A stretch of 64,000 nucleotides of DNA. Origin: an uncultured Gemmatimonadales bacterium. GTDB taxonomy: Bacteria > Gemmatimonadota > Gemmatimonadetes > Longimicrobiales > Gaopeijiaceae. The position numbers were made by a program, and so were the translations under genes. The stretch spans positions 117,513-181,512 of the forward strand of contig CAWGKG010000008.1 of NCBI GenBank assembly GCA_963823035.1, written 5' to 3'. Under the pieces are notes generated by a model. That model had not been told where the DNA came from. It saw nothing but the letters and a program-made list of their open reading frames with translations, and made no database searches. Positions 60,671-64,000 of the stretch are shown here, one piece after another (the stretch's first letter is position 1; every line of letters begins with the position of its first letter).

Positions 60671-60968
60671 TGGCGGCCTCCAGCGCTGCCTCCAGGATCG
60701 CGGACAGCCGGCTGTCGAGGTCGGCGGGCAGGATCGCCTCCTCCTGCACGGCGACGCGGCGGGTGGACGGGTCGGAGGTCTTCCAGGAGGCGGCGCTCAC
60801 GCGGAGCATGCCGGTGGTCGCGGCCTCGACGACGATGCCGCGCTCCATCCCGTCCCGGTACCACCCGAGTGTGCGCAGGGTGGGCTCCTTGACCAGATCC
60901 ATCCCGTTCGCCAGCGCGTAGATGTTCAGCCTGGCGTCCAGGACCTCGAAGGGTCCCCCCGCTCCCAT
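60660..60968 (-). CDS. hypothetical protein
   Basis: ATG 60968 after [29 protein letters not shown]; overlaps the udgB start. Confidence 0.65.
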   Translation of the reverse strand: MGAGGPFEVLDARLNIYALANGMDLVKEPTLRTLGWYRDGMERGIVVEAATTGMLRVSAASWKTSDPSTRRVAVQEEAILPADLDSRLSAILEAALEAANGL

Positions 60969-61099
60969 GTCCCCTCTCCGCTGGTAGGGCGCCATGCCGC
61001 CTCCGTCCGCCGATCCCCGTATGCCCGATCCCCTACGGACCCGTCTCGCCCACAACTCCTATAGACGCTGGGTGCCTTGGCAAGGTTTCCGTCCCGCGC

Positions 61100-61999
61100 T
61101 CAGGGTGGCGGGGCGCTTTCCAGCCACGCCGACCACCAGAGCGTGCCCAGGGTCGACGCCCCCGAAGCCAGCCTCTCGGCCGCGAAGTCACGCGTCTGCG
61201 GGCGCGCCCCCGCGTGCGGATCGAAGCCGTAGCGCCGCTCGAGCTCGTAGAGGGTCTCGACCTGGTCGTGCGCCGCCCGGATGTGCGCCAGCACGGCCGC
61301 GCGTGGGTTCGCCGCCACGGACACCGCGGGCACGCGTCGATCGACGTCCGCCTGCCGGACGTGCGCTTCCACGAACGCCGACTCGAAGCGGTAGTGGAAC
61401 TGCCGGTCCGTGGTGTAGCCCCTCGGATTGGCCACGCCGGAGCTCCACCCGTTGAAGTGGATCGTCGTGTGGTGCGGGTTGGCGGCGTCCGTCACGTAGT
61501 GGCCGAGGATGCCGGCGTCGTTCACGATGCGCGCCTCGATCCACTCCTTGCGCTGCGGATCCGCCTCGGCGCGCCACAGGCGCCACTCCGTCGTCAGCCG
61601 CTGATAGAGCTCCAGGATGCGATACGGCAGGAAGCCGACGTCGCGCTCGGGCCGCTCGATCCCCGCGTCGTGCAGCGCCCGGATGAAGGCGTACCGGTCG
61701 GGTGCGTCCAGCGCCCCGCGCGGCACGTTCTCCAGGTCGATGTAGTGGTCGTAGCTCCACGCCTGGTCCATCATCACCATTTCGCGGCTGCGCCAGCGGT
61801 CGGGCTCGGGGTCGAGGTAGACCAGCTGGTCGCCGGCGCTCCGGAAGAAGTCGGGCATACCGCGCGGCAGCACGCGCACGGCGGCGCGCGCAGCCATCTC
61901 GTGGCCGGTGCTCCCCCACCTGCGCGGCGCGGGGGGGCCGTCGGGCGTGCAGGCGAGGAGGACGGTGGCCGTGGTGGCGAGCGCGACGGAAAGGAGCAT
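61100..61999 (-). CDS. S1/P1 nuclease / zinc-dependent phospholipase C-like exported protein
   Basis: WGSTGH, PDRWR, HYID, GHYVTDAANPHH, HYRFE. Confidence 0.82.
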   Translation of the reverse strand: MLLSVALATTATVLLACTPDGPPAPRRWGSTGHEMAARAAVRVLPRGMPDFFRSAGDQLVYLDPEPDRWRSREMVMMDQAWSYDHYIDLENVPRGALDAPDRYAFIRALHDAGIERPERDVGFLPYRILELYQRLTTEWRLWRAEADPQRKEWIEARIVNDAGILGHYVTDAANPHHTTIHFNGWSSGVANPRGYTTDRQFHYRFESAFVEAHVRQADVDRRVPAVSVAANPRAAVLAHIRAAHDQVETLYELERRYGFDPHAGARPQTRDFAAERLASGASTLGTLWWSAWLESAPPP

Positions 62000-62100
62000 C
62001 GGAAGGCGATCCCGGAGGCGGACGGCTGAGACGTCGAGGGTCCCGGAAGATAAGGACGCGGCACGCGCCGGGGAGATGGCCGGGCGGGCACCGGGCGCCC

Positions 62101-62937
62101 CTACCAGACCCGGGCCCACGCGGGGGCCGGCTCGGGCGTCGGACGATACGCGGAGAGGTCGTGCTCGAAAGCCGGAGCGCCCCGCTTCCCCGGATCGTCG
62201 TGGATCTGCAGACACGCGTCGGCGGTGACGAGGAGGAGGCGACCGGACGGGTCCCAATCCGCCCACTGCACCCCTTCGAGCACCTCGACGTCGTCGTCGG
62301 TCCACAGGGAATAGGACGCGGGGTCGTGGGCGTGCGGTCCGTCACGAAAGGCGGCGTACGCACCCTGGACGCGAAGCGTCCACGCCCTTCCCCCTCCTGG
62401 GCGCGGCCTGGCCAACCGTGCGCGCCGGCGCTCGTCCCAGGCGTCGGAGGGGAGGCGGGGCTCCGAGTCGTCGGTCTCCGTCCAGCCGCGGCGCCGCTCG
62501 AGCGCGAACTGCTCCGCGCGGTTCGGCGCGAGGCCCCAGCGCCGGAGGAGGGGCGCGGCGTCGCCCACGTCCGGCTCCCCGACATCGACGGCTTCCCCTC
62601 GGTCGACGAAATGCAGTCCGCGCGTGTACGTCGTGCCGGCATTCCATGCCGCCAGCGCGTGCAGCCAGGGAAGGCGCGACACCGCCTCGTAGGTGGTCCC
62701 CGCCGGCCAGCGCGCGCCTCCGTCGAGCGCGGAGTAGAGGAGCCAGCGGCCGTCGGGCGACAGGTCGCACTTCTGCGGATAGAGCTGCCCCCGGAGCCAC
62801 GCGCCCGGCTCGAACTCCGGCGGGTCGAGCGTCCATCGGCCGACCTGGAACCAGTCGCTCGGGCCGCGCCTCAGCACGGCGGCGACCGGCGCGGCCGTCG
62901 CGGGGATGCAGAAGACGCGCGGGCCCGGGGCGCTCAT
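62101..62937 (-). CDS. hypothetical protein
   Basis: ATG 62937 overlaps the ligase stop; LRRGPS, GQLYPQKCDLSPDG, SRLPWLHAL, WADWD. Confidence 0.7.
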   Translation of the reverse strand: MSAPGPRVFCIPATAAPVAAVLRRGPSDWFQVGRWTLDPPEFEPGAWLRGQLYPQKCDLSPDGRWLLYSALDGGARWPAGTTYEAVSRLPWLHALAAWNAGTTYTRGLHFVDRGEAVDVGEPDVGDAAPLLRRWGLAPNRAEQFALERRRGWTETDDSEPRLPSDAWDERRRARLARPRPGGGRAWTLRVQGAYAAFRDGPHAHDPASYSLWTDDDVEVLEGVQWADWDPSGRLLLVTADACLQIHDDPGKRGAPAFEHDLSAYRPTPEPAPAWARVW

Positions 62938-64000
62938 CCGCGTGCGAGCTTGCCCCGGTCCACCTTCCCCAGGTGCGTGCGCGGCAGCTCGTCGAGGAAA
63001 TGGACGCCGCGCGGGTACTTGTAGGCCTCCAGGCGGTTCTTCGCCCACCCCTGCAGCTCGGCCTCGAGCGTCGGGCCGGCGTCGGCGTCTTCGGCGGCCA
63101 CCACGAAGGCGTGCGGCTTGACCAGCCCCTCCCCGTCCGCGACGCCCACGACCGCGACTTCGCGCACGGAGGCGTGCGCGAGCAGGCAGTCCTCCAGCTC
63201 GCGTGGGCTGAACCACTTCCCGCTCACCTTGAGCATGTCGTCGGCGCGGCCGCGGTAGCTTACCCACCCCTCGGCGTCCATCGAGATCATGTCCTCCGAA
63301 GCGTACCACTCCCCCTGGAAGGCCTCGAGCGTCTTCTCGTGGTGGCGCCAGTAACCGATGGCGCGCGACCCGCCCCGCACCCACATGCGTCCGACCTCCC
63401 CGCGCGGAAGCGCCCGCGCCTCCTCGTCGCGCACCTCCACGTCGTAGCCCGGCACGACCTTGCCGAGCGTGCCCGGTCGGACGTCGCCGACGCGGTTGGA
63501 GATGAAGATGTGCCACATCTCCGAGGTCCCCAGCCCGTCGAGCAGCGGCACCCCGAACGTCTCGTTCCAGCGGCGGTGCAGCTCCTCGGGAAGCGCCTCG
63601 CCGGCCGACGTGGACAGGCGGAGCGACGAAAGGCCGCGCGCCTCGGCGCCGGGGTGCGCGAGGAGCTTGCCGACCATCGTGGGGACGTTGACCAGGACGG
63701 TGGGGCGGAAGCGCTCGATCCGGTCGAAGAGCGTCTCGGGCGTGCACCGCTCCGGGAAGAGGGCCGCGGTCGCGCCGACGCTGAAGGGGAAGAGGAGGTT
63801 GATGCCCGTGGCGTAGCCGAAGAAGAGCTTCGGTACGGAGATCGTGACGTCGTCCGGCGCCATCTCCAGGACACCGTGCCCGTAGCGCACGGTGGCGTTC
63901 ACGTACGAGCGGTGCGGCTGTACCACGCCCTTCGGGTGACCCGTGGTGCCGCCGCTGGAACAGCCAGATCGCGGGGTCGTCGCGGTGGGACGGCCACGGG
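62934..64000 (-). CDS. benzoate-CoA ligase family acyl-CoA synthetase (partial, starts beyond window end)
   Basis: SGGTTGHPKGV, KLFFGYATG, SAGEALP, DGLGTSEMWHIF, GRADDMLKVSG, YKYPR. Confidence 0.88.
   Translation of the reverse strand, partial: RGRPTATTPRSGCSSGGTTGHPKGVVQPHRSYVNATVRYGHGVLEMAPDDVTISVPKLFFGYATGINLLFPFSVGATAALFPERCTPETLFDRIERFRPTVLVNVPTMVGKLLAHPGAEARGLSSLRLSTSAGEALPEELHRRWNETFGVPLLDGLGTSEMWHIFISNRVGDVRPGTLGKVVPGYDVEVRDEEARALPRGEVGRMWVRGGSRAIGYWRHHEKTLEAFQGEWYASEDMISMDAEGWVSYRGRADDMLKVSGKWFSPRELEDCLLAHASVREVAVVGVADGEGLVKPHAFVVAAEDADAGPTLEAELQGWAKNRLEAYKYPRGVHFLDELPRTHLGKVDRGKLARG

Noticed and set aside
59984..62937. UdgB + S1/P1 nuclease + hypotheticals as an anti-phage system
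   Set aside because: The nuclease appears exported (scavenging-type), UdgB is a routine repair enzyme, and no defence hallmark domains are present.
1..64000. CRISPR arrays, IS elements, prophage, rRNA/tRNA
   Set aside because: No regularly spaced direct repeats, transposase/integrase/phage genes or RNA-gene signatures seen; nearly all sequence is explained by CDS.

Overview
Very GC-rich, gene-dense chromosomal window with about 58 CDS. The gene families suggest Gemmatimonadota (inference): several S9/M14 peptidases, a PadR regulator, lineage-typical hypotheticals and an ECF/CBM48 operon. I found no rRNA, tRNA, CRISPR array, integrase or transposase. About 20 otherwise intact genes are broken by single-base indels, often in G/C runs, so the sequence is probably an unpolished long-read assembly; these genes are annotated as joined CDS. 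Core content: GH27 alpha-galactosidase, TctABC, di-heme cytochrome c peroxidase, two DPP-IV-like peptidases, MFS pumps, a multicopper oxidase operon, a sugar ABC/glycosidase cluster, UdgB, an S1/P1 nuclease and a partial benzoate-CoA ligase. Best leads: (1) an ECF sigma / CBM48-type anti-sigma / secreted helical protein / barrel-CBM48 operon with twin divergent ATGTGACGG-N14-GGGTT promoter-like motifs; (2) an orphan short EF-Ts behind a TTGACA promoter and a ~265-nt structured leader containing a Met-Leu-stop mini-uORF and a 15-bp terminator-like stem; (3) a cytochrome c-beta-barrel fusion paired with a pentaheme cytochrome; (4) three genes whose best-placed start is a non-canonical ACG/ATC codon behind a good Shine-Dalgarno (SD) site; (5) several apparently leaderless promoters.
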